Origin: Escherichia coli
GTDB taxonomy: Bacteria; Pseudomonadota; Gammaproteobacteria; Enterobacterales; Enterobacteriaceae
Assembly: GCF_013122565.1 (NCBI RefSeq)
Contig: NZ_CP053258.1
Strand: one strand, 5' to 3'
Length of the DNA: 64,000 nt
The notes below the pieces were generated by a model. That model was not told where the DNA came from and did not search any database. It saw only the letters and a list, made by a program, of their open reading frames with translations. The position numbers and the translations under genes were made by a program. Of this stretch, positions 10,344 through 26,229 are shown in pieces. Numbering within the stretch: the stretch's first letter is position 1; each line of letters begins with the position of its first letter.

Positions 10344-13300
10344 TTAGTCAAACTCCAGTTCCACCTGCTCCGAACCAATGAGGCCACGGAGATCGTTTAA
10401 TAAACGATCGCTCGGAGAGACACGCCACGTCGCGCCAAAACGCAACCGCGCGCGTGCATCCGCCCTCTGATAGTAGAGATGTACTGGAATTGTCCCAGAG
10501 CGGTGGGGTTCCAGAGACTGACGGAGTCGGTTTAAAAGCTGGTCATCAATTTGCCTGTCCGTCAGCGAGATAGCAAGCCCGCGAGCATATTTTTCCCGGG
10601 CTTCGTCAATATCCATCACTTCGCGAGCGGTCATTTTAAGCCCACCGCTGAAGTCATCAAAGCTGACCTGTCCGCTGACGATAAGTATGCGGTCTTTTTC
10701 CAGCAATTGCTGGTATTTATCCAGGGCGTCAGTAAACAACATCACTTCCAGCCGCCCGGAACGGTCATCCAGCGTGCAGATACCGATACGATTGCCGCGC
10801 TTGGTGACCATAACCCGCGCGGCAACAACGAGCCCCGCAGCCGTGATGACTTTACCACGTTCTGTCGGGTGCATGTCTTTCAGCCTTACGCCTCCGACAT
10901 AACGCTCAATCTCTTTTAAATACTGGTTGATAGGGTGTCCGGTCAGGTACAGGCCTAACGTTTCACGTTCCCCATCTAATACCACCTGCTCCGGCCACGG
11001 TTGGCAGCTGGCGTAGGATTGTTCAATTTGTTCCGGTTCTTCGGCCAGCACGCCGAACATATCGGCCTGACCGATAGCTTCCGCTTTCGCGTGTTGATCT
11101 GCCGCTTTTAACGCATCACCCAGCGAGTTCATCAGCGCCGCGCGGTGTGGCCCAAGACGGTCAAACGCCCCGGACATGATCAGTTTTTCCAGCACCCGCC
11201 GGTTTAACTTTTTGGTATCGGTTCGGGCGCAGAGATCAAACAGTTCGCGGAAGTAGCCGCCTTTATTACGGGCTTCGATGATCGCCTCAATCGGACCTTC
11301 ACCGACCCCTTTGATCGCGCCAATACCATACACGATTTCGCCGTCGTCGTTGACGTGGAAATGGTAAAGACCGGAGTTTATATCTGGTGGCAGGATTTTC
11401 AGCCCCATCCGCCAGCACTCATCCACCAGGCCCACCACCTTCTCGGTATTGTCCATATCGGCGGTCATTACCGCCGCCATAAACTCCGCCGGATAGTGCG
11501 CTTTCAGCCATAACGTTTGATATGACACCAAAGCATAGGCCGCAGAGTGCGATTTGTTAAATCCGTAACCAGCGAATTTCTCCACCAGGTCGAAGATTTT
11601 CATCGCCAGTTCGGCGTTGATTCCGTTCTTTTCTGCACCTTCAGCAAATACAGAACGCTGCTTAGCCATCTCTTCCGGCTTTTTCTTACCCATCGCACGG
11701 CGCAGCATATCCGCGCCACCGAGGGTATAACCAGAAAGCACCTGGGCAATCTGCATGACCTGTTCCTGATACAGGATGATGCCGTAGGTTGGCTCCAGTA
11801 CCGGTTTCAGGCTTTCATGCTGCCACTGTACGTCCGGATAGGAGATCTCTTCGCGACCATGTTTACGGTCGATAAAGTTATCCACCATTCCTGATTGCAA
11901 CGGACCAGGGCGGAACAATGCCACCAGTGCGATCATATCTTCGAAGCAGTCAGGTTGCAGACGCTTGATCAGGTCCTTCATGCCGCGCGATTCAAGCTGG
12001 AATACCGCCGTGGTTTCCGAGCGTTGCAGCATGTCGAAGCTTTTCTTGTCATCCAGCGGGATCGCGGCGATATCCAGCGGCGGCTCGCCATTCTTCGCCC
12101 GCCGCTTGTTGATCATCTCCAGCGCCCAGTTGATGATGGTGAGCGTACGCAAACCAAGGAAGTCGAACTTCACCAGTCCGGCGTATTCAACGTCGCTTTT
12201 ATCAAACTGGGTGACCGGATGTTTGCCCTCTTCATCGCAGTAAAGCGGCGCAAAATCGGTAATTTTGGTCGGCGCGATAACCACCCCACCGGCGTGCTTA
12301 CCGGCGTTACGGGTGACCCCTTCCAGTTTGCGCGCCATGTCGATCAGCGCCTTAACTTCTTCATCCGCTTCGTAGATTTCCGGCAGCTGCGGCTCGGCTT
12401 CAAACGCTTTCGCCAGCGTCATCCCCGGATCGGGCGGGATCAGTTTCGAGATACGATCGACAAAGCCGTACGGATGCCCCAGCACGCGGCCTACGTCGCG
12501 GATCACCGCTTTCGCCGCCATCGTACCGAAGGTGATGATCTGCGATACCGCATCACGACCGTACATGTCCGCCACGTGTTCGATAACCTGATCGCGTTTC
12601 TCCATACAGAAGTCAACGTCGAAGTCAGGCATGGAGACACGTTCCGGGTTAAGGAAACGTTCGAACAGCAGGTCAAATTCCAGCGGATCGAGGTCAGTGA
12701 TTTTCAGCGCGTAGGCCACCAGTGAACCCGCACCGGAGCCACGGCCTGGCCCTACCGGTACGCCGTTATCTTTCGACCACTGGATAAATTCCATAACGAT
12801 GAGGAAGTAGCCCGGGAAGCCCATCTGGTTGATAACCTGAAGTTCAGTCTCCAGACGTTCGTCATATTCCGGGCGGCGCTTCAGACGTTCTTCCTCGTCA
12901 GGGAATAAAAAGGCCAGACGCTCTTCCAGGCCCTCTTTTGCACGCTTGACCAGATAATCTTCGGTGCTCATGTCCCCGGTCGGGAACTGCGGCAGGAAGT
13001 ATTCACCAAGACGCACGGTTACGTTACAGCGTTTGGCGATCTCAACGGTGTTGGCAAGGGCTTCGGGGATGTCGGCAAACAGCTCACACATCTCCTCTTC
13101 GCTACGCATATATTGCTGCGGCGAATAGTTACGCGGGCGTTTAGGATCGTCGAGGGTAAAGCCGTCGTGGATCGCGACGCGGATTTCGTGTGCGTCAAAG
13201 TCGCTGCTGTCGATAAAGCGCACATCATTGGTCGCCACGACGGGCAAACCGCGCGCTTCCGCCAGTTCCACCGCCGCGTGCAGATAGCTTTCTTCGTCCG

Positions 13301-13826
13301 GCCTGCCGGTGCGGATCAGCTCGAGAAAATAGCGATCCGGGAAGTGTTCTTCATAAAACGCGACACACTCATCTACCAGCGCGCTGTTACCACGCAAAAG
13401 ACTGCGTCCGACGTCGCCCATGCGCCCGCCGGAAAGAAGGATCAACCCTTCGTTTAATTCGATAAGCCAGTCGCGATCGATGATCGGCCCGGCGGCACCG
13501 TACCCGCGCTGATACGCTTTTGAGATCAGCAACGTCAGATTCTGATAGCCGGTATTGTTCGCCGCCAGTACCGTCAGGTGGGTTAACTCATCACCCAGCA
13601 GGTCGCACTGGACGTTAAAATCTGCCCCGACGATAGGCTTAATCCCTGCGCCATGTCCCGCTCCGTAGAACTTCACCAGACCGCAAAGGTTGGTGAAATC
13701 GGTGATCGCCAGTGCTGGCATACCCAACGCCGCCGCCTTTTTTACCAGCGGTGCGGTTTTGGCCAGGCCATCGATCATCGAGTAGTCGCTGTGCACCCGC
13801 AGGTGTACGAAACGTGGTTCAGACAT
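10344..13826 (-). CDS. dnaE: DNA polymerase III alpha subunit
   Basis: 1160 aa [23 protein letters not shown]..., PHP and polymerase core domains. Confidence 0.97.
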   Translation of the reverse strand: MSEPRFVHLRVHSDYSMIDGLAKTAPLVKKAAALGMPALAITDFTNLCGLVKFYGAGHGAGIKPIVGADFNVQCDLLGDELTHLTVLAANNTGYQNLTLLISKAYQRGYGAAGPIIDRDWLIELNEGLILLSGGRMGDVGRSLLRGNSALVDECVAFYEEHFPDRYFLELIRTGRPDEESYLHAAVELAEARGLPVVATNDVRFIDSSDFDAHEIRVAIHDGFTLDDPKRPRNYSPQQYMRSEEEMCELFADIPEALANTVEIAKRCNVTVRLGEYFLPQFPTGDMSTEDYLVKRAKEGLEERLAFLFPDEEERLKRRPEYDERLETELQVINQMGFPGYFLIVMEFIQWSKDNGVPVGPGRGSGAGSLVAYALKITDLDPLEFDLLFERFLNPERVSMPDFDVDFCMEKRDQVIEHVADMYGRDAVSQIITFGTMAAKAVIRDVGRVLGHPYGFVDRISKLIPPDPGMTLAKAFEAEPQLPEIYEADEEVKALIDMARKLEGVTRNAGKHAGGVVIAPTKITDFAPLYCDEEGKHPVTQFDKSDVEYAGLVKFDFLGLRTLTIINWALEMINKRRAKNGEPPLDIAAIPLDDKKSFDMLQRSETTAVFQLESRGMKDLIKRLQPDCFEDMIALVALFRPGPLQSGMVDNFIDRKHGREEISYPDVQWQHESLKPVLEPTYGIILYQEQVMQIAQVLSGYTLGGADMLRRAMGKKKPEEMAKQRSVFAEGAEKNGINAELAMKIFDLVEKFAGYGFNKSHSAAYALVSYQTLWLKAHYPAEFMAAVMTADMDNTEKVVGLVDECWRMGLKILPPDINSGLYHFHVNDDGEIVYGIGAIKGVGEGPIEAIIEARNKGGYFRELFDLCARTDTKKLNRRVLEKLIMSGAFDRLGPHRAALMNSLGDALKAADQHAKAEAIGQADMFGVLAEEPEQIEQSYASCQPWPEQVVLDGERETLGLYLTGHPINQYLKEIERYVGGVRLKDMHPTERGKVITAAGLVVAARVMVTKRGNRIGICTLDDRSGRLEVMLFTDALDKYQQLLEKDRILIVSGQVSFDDFSGGLKMTAREVMDIDEAREKYARGLAISLTDRQIDDQLLNRLRQSLEPHRSGTIPVHLYYQRADARARLRFGATWRVSPSDRLLNDLRGLIGSEQVELEFD

Positions 13827-13862
13827 CTTCAGATTCCGGTTTACTTAATCTCGACACAAGAA

Positions 13863-14459
13863 TCAGGACGCAAGTCCCAGTGCGCGTTTGACAGGCCCAA
13901 AGCTGCGACGATGATGTTCAGTCGCGCCATATTCAGCCAGTTTTTCCAGATGAAAAGCGGTTGGATACCCTTTGTGTTGGGCAAAACCATATTGCGGGAA
14001 AACAATATCCAGCGCCGCCATTTCGGCGTCACGCGTCACTTTCGCCAGGATAGAAGCGGCACTGATTTCCGGTACGCGGCTATCGCCTTTCACCACAGCC
14101 ATCGCAGGCATCGGTAATTTCGGGCAGCGGTTACCATCAATCAACACATATTCCGGCGCAATATGCAGCCCAGCGACGGCACGCTGCATCGCCAGCATGG
14201 TCGCATGTAAAATATTCAGTTCGTCGATTTCGTGAGGTTCCGCGCGGCCCAGACTCCAGCTCAACGCTTTCTCTTTGATCTCTTCACAGAGCGCCAGACG
14301 GCGTTTTTCGCTCAGCTTTTTGGAATCATTCAGCCCGGCAATCGGGCGCGCCGGGTCGAGGATCACCGCAGCGGTGACGACCGCGCCAACTAACGGCCCG
14401 CGTCCGACTTCATCCACACCCGCAACCAGGTGCGTGTGCGGATAAACAAATTCGATCAT
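13863..14459 (-). CDS. rnhB: Ribonuclease HII
   Basis: 198 aa [28 protein letters not shown]; 4-nt overlap with lpxB stop. Confidence 0.9.
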   Translation of the reverse strand: MIEFVYPHTHLVAGVDEVGRGPLVGAVVTAAVILDPARPIAGLNDSKKLSEKRRLALCEEIKEKALSWSLGRAEPHEIDELNILHATMLAMQRAVAGLHIAPEYVLIDGNRCPKLPMPAMAVVKGDSRVPEISAASILAKVTRDAEMAALDIVFPQYGFAQHKGYPTAFHLEKLAEYGATEHHRRSFGPVKRALGLAS

Positions 14460-15604
14460 TGTGCTAACTCCAGAACGGCTTGTGCCGCCTGCTCATCGGC
14501 ATTGCAGCGGATCTGCTGATGCAGTTCACGGAAGGTATCGTGCATCGCGTGGCTGGTTTTCCCGTTCGCCAACAGCGGTAACAGCGCCGCAGCCAGTTTT
14601 TGCGGCTCACACTCTTCCTGCAATAATTCTTTGACTAACTCTCTGCCCGCCAGCAGGTTTGGCAGCGAGACATAATCAGTTTTCACCAGTCGCTTCGCCA
14701 GCCAGAAGGTGAAAGGCTTCATGCGATATCCCACCACCATCGGGCATTTCGCCAGCATACATTCCAGTGCTGCCGTACCCGACGCCAGTAGCGCCGCATC
14801 GCTGGCGACCATCGCCTCACGGCCCATCCCATCCAGCAAATGAACCGACAGGTCTGGCGCAACTTCAGCTTTGATGCGTTCAAACTGCTCGCGGCGTTTG
14901 GCATTCACCAGCGGCACCACGATTTCGAGATCCGGATATGTCTGGCGCAAAAGCTGGGCCGTTTTCAGGAAATCGGCACTAAGCATTTCGACTTCTGCAC
15001 CACGGCTGCCCGGCAACAATGCCAGGCAGTGGGCATCGTGAGGGATCCCCAGCACATCACGGGCGGCATTTTTATCTGGATCTAATGGCATGGCATCAGC
15101 CATGGTATGACCGATAAAGCGGCACGGTACGTTATATTTGTCATAAAACGCTTTTTCGAAAGGCAGAAATGCGAGCACCAGGTCGGTGGCTCTGCCTATT
15201 TTGAAAACACGTTTCTGTCGCCACGCCCAGACTGACGGACTGACGTAATGAATGGTTTTGATACCCTGCTTTTTGAGGTTACCTTCAAGAGTAATATTGA
15301 AGTCAGGCGCATCAATGCCGACAAAAACATCTGGCTTCAGTTCGCCAAAACGCTTTGTCAGATCGGCACGAATATGCAATAAGCGACGCAGACGACCGAG
15401 CACTTCAACAATGCCCATCACTGCCAGTTCTTCCATTTCGTACCAGGCTTCGCAGCCTTCAGCCTGCATTCGTGGCCCGGCAACACCAACAAAGCGGGCG
15501 TTGGGCACACGTTCTTTCAGAGCGCGGATTAAACCGGCCCCCAGGATATCGCCGGAGGTTTCTCCGGCGACCAGGGCAATCGTTAATGGACGCTGTTCAG
15601 TCAT
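14456..15604 (-). CDS. lpxB: Lipid-A-disaccharide synthase
   Basis: 382-aa ORF in the lpxD-fabZ-lpxA-lpxB cluster. Confidence 0.9.
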   Translation of the reverse strand: MTEQRPLTIALVAGETSGDILGAGLIRALKERVPNARFVGVAGPRMQAEGCEAWYEMEELAVMGIVEVLGRLRRLLHIRADLTKRFGELKPDVFVGIDAPDFNITLEGNLKKQGIKTIHYVSPSVWAWRQKRVFKIGRATDLVLAFLPFEKAFYDKYNVPCRFIGHTMADAMPLDPDKNAARDVLGIPHDAHCLALLPGSRGAEVEMLSADFLKTAQLLRQTYPDLEIVVPLVNAKRREQFERIKAEVAPDLSVHLLDGMGREAMVASDAALLASGTAALECMLAKCPMVVGYRMKPFTFWLAKRLVKTDYVSLPNLLAGRELVKELLQEECEPQKLAAALLPLLANGKTSHAMHDTFRELHQQIRCNADEQAAQAVLELAQ

Positions 15605-16392
15605 TAACGAATCAGACCGCGCGTTGAGCGTGCAAAGAAATCGGTAAAGGCTTTCACTTCCGGATATGTTTCCGCCAGTTCAGCAATTTCCGGTTTCACT
15701 TCATCGAGCGTTTTACCGCTACGATAAATCAGCTTATACGCATTGCGGATAGCGGTAATCGCCTCACGGCTGAATCCGCGGCGCTTCAGCCCTTCGATAT
15801 TGACACCGAACGGCGTTGCGTGGTTACCCTGCGCAATGACATAAGGAGGGACGTCCTGCGCCACACCGGAGCAGCCGCCAACCATCACATGCGCACCAAT
15901 GATGCAGAACTGATGGACTGCGGTCATGCCGCCGATGATCGCGAAGTCGTCAACCGATACGTGACCCGCCAGCGTTGCGTTGTTGGCGAGAATACAGCGG
16001 TTACCTACCGTACAATCGTGCGCAATGTGCGCGTTGATCATCAGTAAGTTGTCGCTGCCCACCTTCGTCAATCCACCGCCCTGGACTGTGCCACGATGAA
16101 TGGTGACGCTTTCGCGAATGCGGTTACGATCGCCGATTTCCACGCGGGTCGGTTCGCCAGCATATTTCAGATCCTGGTTAACTTCGCCGATGGAGGCGAA
16201 CTGATAAATCTCATTATCGCGGCCAATTTTAGTATGACCATTCACGACAACGTGAGATTTCAGTACGGTACCCTCACCAATTTCGACATGGGGTCCAACG
16301 ATACAAAAAGGACCAATGTGAGCGTTCGCGCCAATCGACGCGCCCTCTTCCACAATGGCGGTTGGATGCACAAAGGCGGATTTATCAATCAC
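15604..16392 (-). CDS. lpxA: UDP-N-acetylglucosamine O-acyltransferase
   Basis: 262 aa, left-handed beta-helix hexapeptide repeats; 1-nt overlap with lpxB. Confidence 0.9.
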
Positions 16393-16395
16393 GTA

Positions 16396-16851
16396 TCAGG
16401 CCTCCCGGCTACGAGCACACATCATCGTTGCTTCGCAAACTACTTTACCGTCGACCAGAGCAACCCCTTTAAAACGGGTCAGGCCGCGGCGCGTTTTTTC
16501 GAAAGTGACTTCCATGATCATTTGATCGCCAGGCACGACCGGGCGCTTGAAGCGCGCTTCGTCAATACCAGCGAAATAGTACAGCTCACCCGGTTCCAGT
16601 TTTCCTACGCTTTTAAACGCCAGAATACCTGTTGCCTGTGCCATTGCTTCCAGAATCAGCACACCCGGGAAAATCGGTTTTCCAGGGAAATGGCCCTGAA
16701 AGAATGGCTCATTGACAGAGACATTTTTTACTGCGCGCAGAAAACGACCTTCTTCAAAATCCAGCACGCGATCCACCAGTAAGAACGGGAAACGGTGCGG
16801 CAGAAGTTCTAAAATCTCTTCAATCTGCAGAGTATGAGTGTTAGTAGTCAA
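16396..16851 (-). CDS. fabZ: 3-hydroxyacyl-ACP dehydratase FabZ
   Basis: 151 aa from in-frame TTG giving (M)[28 protein letters not shown]; track ORF is over-extended 5'. Confidence 0.85.
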
Positions 16852-16955
16852 GATACTCTTCCTGTCAAAATATAAGAAACGACAATAATAACACGGCCTG
16901 CCGCAATCGTAAGAATGAGACAGGCCGTAAAGTTTGGCGAACAAAAGATGGAACG

Positions 16956-17981
16956 TTAGTCTTGTTGATTAACCTTGCGCTCAAGCGATTTCAGACGCTT
17001 GCTCATGTCATCAATGTTCATCACCAGTGCAGCGGTTTTGCGCCAGACTTTGTTGGGTTGCAGCGGAATGCCTGAGGAATAGACGCCTGGTTCAGTGATG
17101 GGACGCATCACCATACCCATGCCCGTAACCGTCACTTTGTCGCATATTTCCATATGCCCGTTGATTACGCTGGCTCCGCCGATCATGCAGTAACGACCAA
17201 TTTTCAGGCTGCCCGCCATAATGACGCCACCGGCAACCGCCGTATTGTCGCCAATCACGACGTTATGTGCAATCTGGCACTGGTTATCAATGATCACGCC
17301 ATTGCCAATAACAGTGTCATCCAGCGCGCCGCGATCGATGGTAGTGCAGGCACCGATCTCCACGCGATCGCCAATAATTACGCGACCAATCTGTGGGATC
17401 TTCACCCAGTTACCACGATCGTTGGCATAACCAAAGCCGTCTGCGCCTACCACTGTTCCGGACTGGATCAGGCAATTCTGACCGATCTGGATCTCATGGT
17501 AAATGGTTACGTTCGCCCAAAGACGCGAACCTGCACCGATTTTGCTGTTTTTACCTACGAAGCAACCGGCACCGATAATCACGTTATCGCCCAGTTCAAC
17601 GCCGGACTCAATCACCGCGTTAGCGCCAATCGATACGTTGTTACCCAGCTTCGCCGTCGCGTCGATCACTGCACTGGGTGCAATGTTCTGCGCGGGCTGC
17701 GGCGTGGTATCTAAAATTTGCGCCATGCGCGCGTAAGTCAGGTAGGGATTCTTCACTACCAGCGCGGCACTTTTCGCGAAAGGAAGATCGTCCTGGGTCA
17801 TGACAACCGCGGACGCCTGGCACAAGCCTAAATGCTCACGGTATTTTGGGTTAACCATGAACGTAATGTGACCTGTTTGTGCAGATTGCATGGACGCAAC
17901 GCCGGTGATGACGATATCGCCATCACCGTGTAGTTCTGCATCCAACTGCTGCGCTAAATCAGCCAGTCGAATTGAAGGCAT
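16956..17981 (-). CDS. lpxD: UDP-3-O-(3-hydroxymyristoyl)glucosamine N-acyltransferase
   Basis: 341 aa [21 protein letters not shown], hexapeptide repeats. Confidence 0.9.
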
Positions 17982-17984
17982 TAC

Positions 17985-18470
17985 TTATTTAACCTGTTTC
18001 AGTACGTCGGCAGTGATGTCTTTTACATCGCTGCTGTTGTAAGCAACGGCGTTTGCATCAACAACCAGATCGATATCCTGGCTGTTGGCAACGGATTTCA
18101 CAGCAGTCTGGATACGAGTAACCAGTTTACCGCGTTCTTCGTTGGAACGACGTGCGCGATCCTGCTCAAAAGCCTGCGCTTTCTGAGCAAAAGTCTGGCG
18201 CTGAGCCATCACGTCTTTTTCCAGCTTAGTGCGATCGCTGCCCGCTTTCATGGACTGCAGCTTTTTCATTTTAGCCTGCAGATCGGTTTCCATACGCTGC
18301 AGTTCGCTGGCACGGCCTTTGAACTCATTTTCCAGCGTGTTAGAAACACCGGTTTTCTGCGCTACCTGCTGGAACAGGCTGCCCATGTTGACGATTGCAA
18401 TTTTGTCAGCCGCCTGAGCAGAAGTTGCCAGTGCTAAACCGAGACCTGCCGCTAATAACCACTTTTTCAC
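17985..18470 (-). CDS. skp: Periplasmic chaperone Skp (OmpH)
   Basis: 161 aa [35 protein letters not shown]. Confidence 0.9.
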   Translation of the reverse strand: MKKWLLAAGLGLALATSAQAADKIAIVNMGSLFQQVAQKTGVSNTLENEFKGRASELQRMETDLQAKMKKLQSMKAGSDRTKLEKDVMAQRQTFAQKAQAFEQDRARRSNEERGKLVTRIQTAVKSVANSQDIDLVVDANAVAYNSSDVKDITADVLKQVK

Positions 18471-18591
18471 AATAAACTCCTTACCATCCCATTTGCACCG
18501 GAGGGTGCAGTTCTTTGCGTGGCCCGGCGATCTTATATTGATCGCCTAAAGTCATCGCTACACTACCACTACATTCCTTTGTGGAGAACAC

Positions 18592-21042
<2,451 letters not shown>

Positions 21043-21053
21043 CTAACTAACTC

Positions 21054-22406
21054 TCATAACCGAGAGAAATCATTGAAAAGTGCAAGCCCCATTAACAGCA
21101 CCAGCAGAATCGAGCCAATGCGATAACAAAAGTCTTGAACCCGCTCGGATACCGGTCCGCCCTTGATCTTTTCGATCGCAAGGAACAGCAGATGCCCCCC
21201 GTCAAGTACGGGCAACGGAAACAGGTTAATTATCCCTAAGTTCACGCTAATAAGCGCAAGAAACGGCAGGTAATAAACTACCCCGAGTTCCGCTGTCATC
21301 CCAGCCCCCTTGGCGATAGAGATCGGCCCACTGAGGTTGTTCAGTTTCACATCACCGGTGATCAATTTTCCCAGCATACTGACCGTCAGCTTCATCAGCT
21401 GCCACGTTTTGTCCGTGGCTTCGACAATGGCGTTGAACGGCCCATACTGGCGTACAATTTTATACTCATCTGGCAAAGGAATGACTTTCGGCTCAATACC
21501 GACAAAACCAATCGCTTTACCATTACCCGGTTTACTCTCCGGGATTAATGTCAAAGACAAGGGACTTCCCTGCCTTTCGATTTCTAACGCTAAGGATTTA
21601 CCCGGGTTATCCCGGACAAGCATCACAAAGGTCACCCACTGCGTTAAGGGCTGACCATCGACTTTAACGATCCTGTCGCCTGCTTGCAAACCTGCCTTGC
21701 TTGCCGCCGAGTTTGGCTGCACATTTTCCAGTACAGGTTCAATTTGCGGCCCACGAGGACGAATCCCCAGCGAAGATACCGGATCTTCTTTATCAGGCTC
21801 AAACGCCCAGTGACGTAAATCGAGCTTTACATCCCGCCGTTGGTCGCTGCCAAATGGCGCTACCGTAATGGTGGTGCTTTCATCGCCAATTTTATCGACC
21901 AACTGCAAACGCACGGCATCCCAATCAGGCGTTTCGATACCATCTACGGCTTTTAGTTCCGTACCTGGTGCAATTTGTGCTTCCGCAGCTATCGAATTGG
22001 CTGCTATTTCACCAACCACCGGACGTACGCCAGGCACACCAATAATAAAAACCAGCCAGTAGGCAAAGATAGCAAAAATGAAGTTTGCAACCGGACCTGC
22101 GGCAATAATCGCCGCTCGTTGGCCGACAGATTTATTATTGAAGGCATGGTGGCGGAGTTCCGGAACGACCGGTTCTGCGCGCTCATCCAGCATTTTGACA
22201 TAACCGCCCAACGGGATCAGGGCGATAACATATTCGGTGCCGAGCTTATCAGTTCGCCGCCAGAGCGCCTTACCAAACCCTATTGAGAAACGCTCAACGC
22301 GAACACCACAACGCCGGGCAACCCAGAAATGACCAAATTCATGCACGGTGATGAGTACACCCAGTGCAACGATGAACGAAGCCAAATCCCAGAGAAAACT
22401 CAGCAT
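21054..22406 (-). CDS. rseP: Regulator of sigma-E protease RseP (site-2 protease)
   Basis: 450 aa from [27 protein letters not shown] (HExxH); track ORF over-extended by 15 codons. Confidence 0.9.
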   Translation of the reverse strand: MLSFLWDLASFIVALGVLITVHEFGHFWVARRCGVRVERFSIGFGKALWRRTDKLGTEYVIALIPLGGYVKMLDERAEPVVPELRHHAFNNKSVGQRAAIIAAGPVANFIFAIFAYWLVFIIGVPGVRPVVGEIAANSIAAEAQIAPGTELKAVDGIETPDWDAVRLQLVDKIGDESTTITVAPFGSDQRRDVKLDLRHWAFEPDKEDPVSSLGIRPRGPQIEPVLENVQPNSAASKAGLQAGDRIVKVDGQPLTQWVTFVMLVRDNPGKSLALEIERQGSPLSLTLIPESKPGNGKAIGFVGIEPKVIPLPDEYKIVRQYGPFNAIVEATDKTWQLMKLTVSMLGKLITGDVKLNNLSGPISIAKGAGMTAELGVVYYLPFLALISVNLGIINLFPLPVLDGGHLLFLAIEKIKGGPVSERVQDFCYRIGSILLVLLMGLALFNDFSRL

Positions 22407-22417
22407 ATTACCTTCCG

Positions 22418-23275
22418 TTAAAGCGTCCTGAATACCAGTAACAACAAGCAAGCAAAGACCGGTACCGCAGCCGTCAGGCTATCAATACGATCTAAAATAC
22501 CACCGTGTCCTGGAATTAGATGACCGCTGTCCTTAATTCCTGCTTCACGCTTAAACATACTCTCGGTCAGATCGCCGAGCACTGAGGCTAACGCTGCGAC
22601 AATAGAGCAAATGAGTAAGGTGACGGGAGCGACGTCGAGATTCGCCCACATGCCATAGCCCCATGAGATTACCGCTGCGGTCGCGAGTCCACCGATAAAG
22701 CCTTGCCAGGTTTTACCCGGAGAAACCTTCGGTGCCAGTTTATGTTTACCAAACAATTTGCCAAACATATATGCGCCAGAGTCAGCGCCCCATACCAGGA
22801 TCATGACATAGAGCAGCCATATTGCGCCACTGTAATGATTCTCGTCGTAGTGCCAGGCCCGTAACGCCAGCATGCCCCAGAAGAAGGGAACAATGGTTAG
22901 CACGCCAAAAATAATGCGCAATGTTTTAGAGTTACGCCAGATTGCTGCGGAACCTGGGTAAAACAGCACCAGCAATAGCGCGACAATCCACCAACCCAGC
23001 GAAGCCCAAAGTGAGATTTCGACCAGCGGTTGATGAATATTTCGGTGATATTCCGGCAACAGAAAAAGCATCAGCGCCAACAATAACCCGCACAGCACCG
23101 CCAGCCATACTCGCTGCGAGCGAGTGGTAAAACCGCTAAGCTGTCCCCATTCCCACGCTGCCAGCATGCAGACCACCAGCGTTACAATGGCGAACCCCAC
23201 CGGCGGCAACAGAAACAACGCCGCGATGACGACGGGTATTAACACAAAAGCAGATATCAGGCGATACTTCAGCAA
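22418..23275 (-). CDS. cdsA: CDP-diglyceride synthetase
   Basis: 285-aa polytopic membrane [26 protein letters not shown]. Confidence 0.9.
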   Translation of the reverse strand: MLKYRLISAFVLIPVVIAALFLLPPVGFAIVTLVVCMLAAWEWGQLSGFTTRSQRVWLAVLCGLLLALMLFLLPEYHRNIHQPLVEISLWASLGWWIVALLLVLFYPGSAAIWRNSKTLRIIFGVLTIVPFFWGMLALRAWHYDENHYSGAIWLLYVMILVWGADSGAYMFGKLFGKHKLAPKVSPGKTWQGFIGGLATAAVISWGYGMWANLDVAPVTLLICSIVAALASVLGDLTESMFKREAGIKDSGHLIPGHGGILDRIDSLTAAVPVFACLLLLVFRTL

Positions 23276-23287
23276 AAGCGACCCCCA

Positions 23288-24049
23288 TCAGGCTGTTTCA
23301 TCACCGGGCTCGGTGCCGCCGAAACGACGCTCTCGATTAGCAAAGGCATTTAACGCCCCTTCAAAGTCTTGTTCATCGAAATCGGGCCAGAGAACATCTG
23401 TAAAGTAAAGTTCGGCATAGGCAATTTGCCAAAGCAAAAAGTTACTAATGCGATGCTCCCCCCCAGTCCTAATTACTAAATCTACAGGGGCCAGTTCATG
23501 CATACAGACATGCTGGTTTAGCATCTCTTCATCTATCTGATCTGGTTGCAGGTTTCCTTGCTGCACCTTTTCAGCCAGTTGCCTGACTCCCTGGACTATA
23601 TCCCAACGTCCACCGTAGTTCGCCGCAATATTCAGCGTCAGACCGGTATTCCCGGCTGTTAGCGCTTCAGATTTACGAATACGTTCTTGCAAACGCGAGT
23701 TAAAGCGACTGGTATCGCCAATAATACGCAGACGCACGTTATGTCGGTGCAGACTTTTTACTTCGCTATCGAGCGCCCACACAAACAGTTCCATTAACGC
23801 ACTGACTTCCTGCGCTGGTCGGTTCCAGTTTTCACTACTAAAGGCATACAGCGTTAACGCCTCAATACCGTTGTTGGCCGCAAAAGAGACAGCCCGGCGG
23901 ACGGATTTTGCCCCGGCTTTATGCCCAAAGGCACGAATCTTCCCTTGCTTTTTTGCCCAGCGACCATTGCCGTCCATAATGATCGCAACATGACGACAGC
24001 CATGCGCTGGCAATTTTTCGCTAAGTGGTTGAGTAGCAGACAACATCAC
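23288..24049 (-). CDS. uppS: Undecaprenyl-diphosphate synthase
   Basis: 253 aa with HVAIIMDGNGRWAK motif. Confidence 0.9.
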   Translation of the reverse strand: MMLSATQPLSEKLPAHGCRHVAIIMDGNGRWAKKQGKIRAFGHKAGAKSVRRAVSFAANNGIEALTLYAFSSENWNRPAQEVSALMELFVWALDSEVKSLHRHNVRLRIIGDTSRFNSRLQERIRKSEALTAGNTGLTLNIAANYGGRWDIVQGVRQLAEKVQQGNLQPDQIDEEMLNQHVCMHELAPVDLVIRTGGEHRISNFLLWQIAYAELYFTDVLWPDFDEQDFEGALNAFANRERRFGGTEPGDETA

Positions 24050-24103
24050 GCGTTTCTTATTCCCTGACAGGGTTTACGGTACTCAGGAATACTGAAGCCT
24101 ATA

Positions 24104-24130
24104 CAAAAAAAAGCCGTGTAAAACCACGGC
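24104..24130 (-). terminator. Intrinsic terminator after dxr
   Basis: Minus-strand RNA GCCGUG-guuuua-CACGGC followed by an 8-U tract. Confidence 0.7.
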
Positions 24131-24234
24131 ATACCTGACCTTATAAAGCCAACTAATTACGATCAGATGGCGCAGACTATATCACTGAAGCCCTACGCTA
24201 ACAAATAGCGCGACTCTCTGTAGCCGGATTATCC

Positions 24235-25431
24235 TCAGCTTGCGAGACGCATCACCTCTTTTCTGGCGACTTCACGCGCGTTCGCATCAACAGATAACAC
24301 ATCGTCCACACATTGTGGTTCGCGCATATCCATTTTTTCCAGTACGGATAAATTCAACGCAGCGATATCCGTAAAGCGGATTTGTTGCGCAAGAAAAGCA
24401 GCAACGGTGATTTCGTTTGCGGCATTCAATGCTGTCGTCGCTGCCTGACCTTGTTCGAACGCCTCCATCGCCAGTTTCAGGCATGGATAACGATCATAAT
24501 CCGGTGCGGCAAATGTCAACGCACTCAGTTTGCAAAAATCGAGCGGCTTCACACCAGAGTTCACGCGATTCGGCCATGCCATGGTGTGGGCAATTGGCGT
24601 ACGCATATCCGGTTCACCCAACTGCGCCAGAACACTGCCGTCCTGGTAGCGCACCATTGAGTGAATCACTGACTGCGGGTGAATCAGCACTTCCATCTGG
24701 CTGGCGCTGGCATTAAACAACCAACGTGCTTCAATGTATTCCAGACCTTTGTTCATCATGGTAGCCGAATCGACAGAAATTTTACGTCCCATCGACCAGT
24801 TCGGATGACGGCAGGCTTGATCAGGCGTCATTGTTGCCAAATCACGCAATGGCGTCTCACGGAAAGGGCCACCAGACCCGGTAAGTAAAATGGACACCAC
24901 GCCATTTTGCTCAAGGTCAGCGTATCCCAGATTATGCTGGATAGGTTGCGGTAAACTCTGAAAAATGGCGTTATGTTCGCTATCGACCGGTAACAATTGC
25001 GCTTTGCTCTGCTTTACGGCGTCCATAAACAGACGTCCGCAGGTAACCAGTGATTCTTTATTGGCCAGCAAAATGGTTTTACCTGCGCGGATCGCAGCAA
25101 GCGTAGGTAACAGCCCAGCTGCGCCAACAATGGCTGCCATCACCTGATCAACATCCTCAAGCGCTGCCATATCGCAAGCGGCTTGTTGCCCACTTAAGAC
25201 TTCGGTGCGGCTCCCCTGTTGCTGTAGCATCGTTTTAAGAAGTTTCGCACTCGCTTCATCGTCCATTACGGCATAGCGGGGAGAGAATTCCAGGCACTGT
25301 TCTACCATGCGAGTGACATTTTTGCCTGCCACTAGCGCAACTACGCGGAAGTGTTCGGGATTATGGCGCACCACGTCCAGCGTGCTGCAACCAATCGAGC
25401 CGGTCGAGCCCAGAATGGTGAGTTGCTTCAT
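24235..25431 (-). CDS. dxr: 1-deoxy-D-xylulose-5-phosphate reductoisomerase
   Basis: 398 aa [21 protein letters not shown]. Confidence 0.92.
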
Positions 25432-25451
25432 GAAACATCCAGAGTTGAGAC

Positions 25452-25508
25452 AGAATAAAAAGCAAAACGCCGCCAGCCGATCCGCAAGGATCTACTGAGC
25501 GGCGTTTT
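25452..25508 (-). terminator. Structured terminator after frr
   Basis: AAAACGCCGC ... GCGGCGUUUU arms enclosing an inner GAUCC/GGAUC hairpin, followed on the minus strand by UUUUGCUUUUUAUU. Confidence 0.55.
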
Positions 25509-25522
25509 TGTCGTTCAAGAAA

Positions 25523-26080
25523 TCAGAACTGCATCAGTTCTGCTTCTTTGTCTGCCAGCGCCGCTTCAATTTTCTTGATTGCAGCATCAGTCAGTTTCTG
25601 TACATCGTCCTGAGAACGGCGATCGTCGTCTTCGCTGATCTCTTTATCTTTCAACAGTGCTTTCACTTTGTCGTTCGCGTCACGACGCACGTTACGTACT
25701 GCAACACGCGCTTGTTCTGCTTCACCACGAACGATTTTGGTCAGATCTTTACGACGTTCTTCCGTCAGCGGCGGCAGCGGAACACGGATGTCGCTACCCG
25801 CAGAGTTCGGGTTCAGGCCAAGATCGGACGCCATAATCGCTTTTTCAACGGCCGGAGACATTGAACGATCAAACACGTTGATTTTCAGAGTACGGGAATC
25901 CTCTACCGTTACGCTTGCCAGCTGACGCAGCGGCGTCGGCGTGCCGTAATATTCCACGACAATGCCATCCAGCAGGCTGGGAGAAGCACGACCCGTGCGT
26001 ATTTTGCTGATTTGGGTTTTGAACGCTTCTACGCATTTGTCCATGCGTACTTCAGCATCTTTTCTGATATCGCTAATCAC
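25523..26080 (-). CDS. frr: Ribosome recycling factor
   Basis: 185 aa [34 protein letters not shown]. Confidence 0.95.
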
Positions 26081-26229
26081 GTTACGAATCCTTGAAAACT
26101 TGTCTCAGTCAGACCAGACAGTCACACACAGTGGAAGTGTGCTAAGTATAGCCCTGATTAAACATATTACGGGTAAGATCCCCCGCGATACTTACGCGGA
26201 ATCTTACCCTTATTTATCCATCACGGGAA

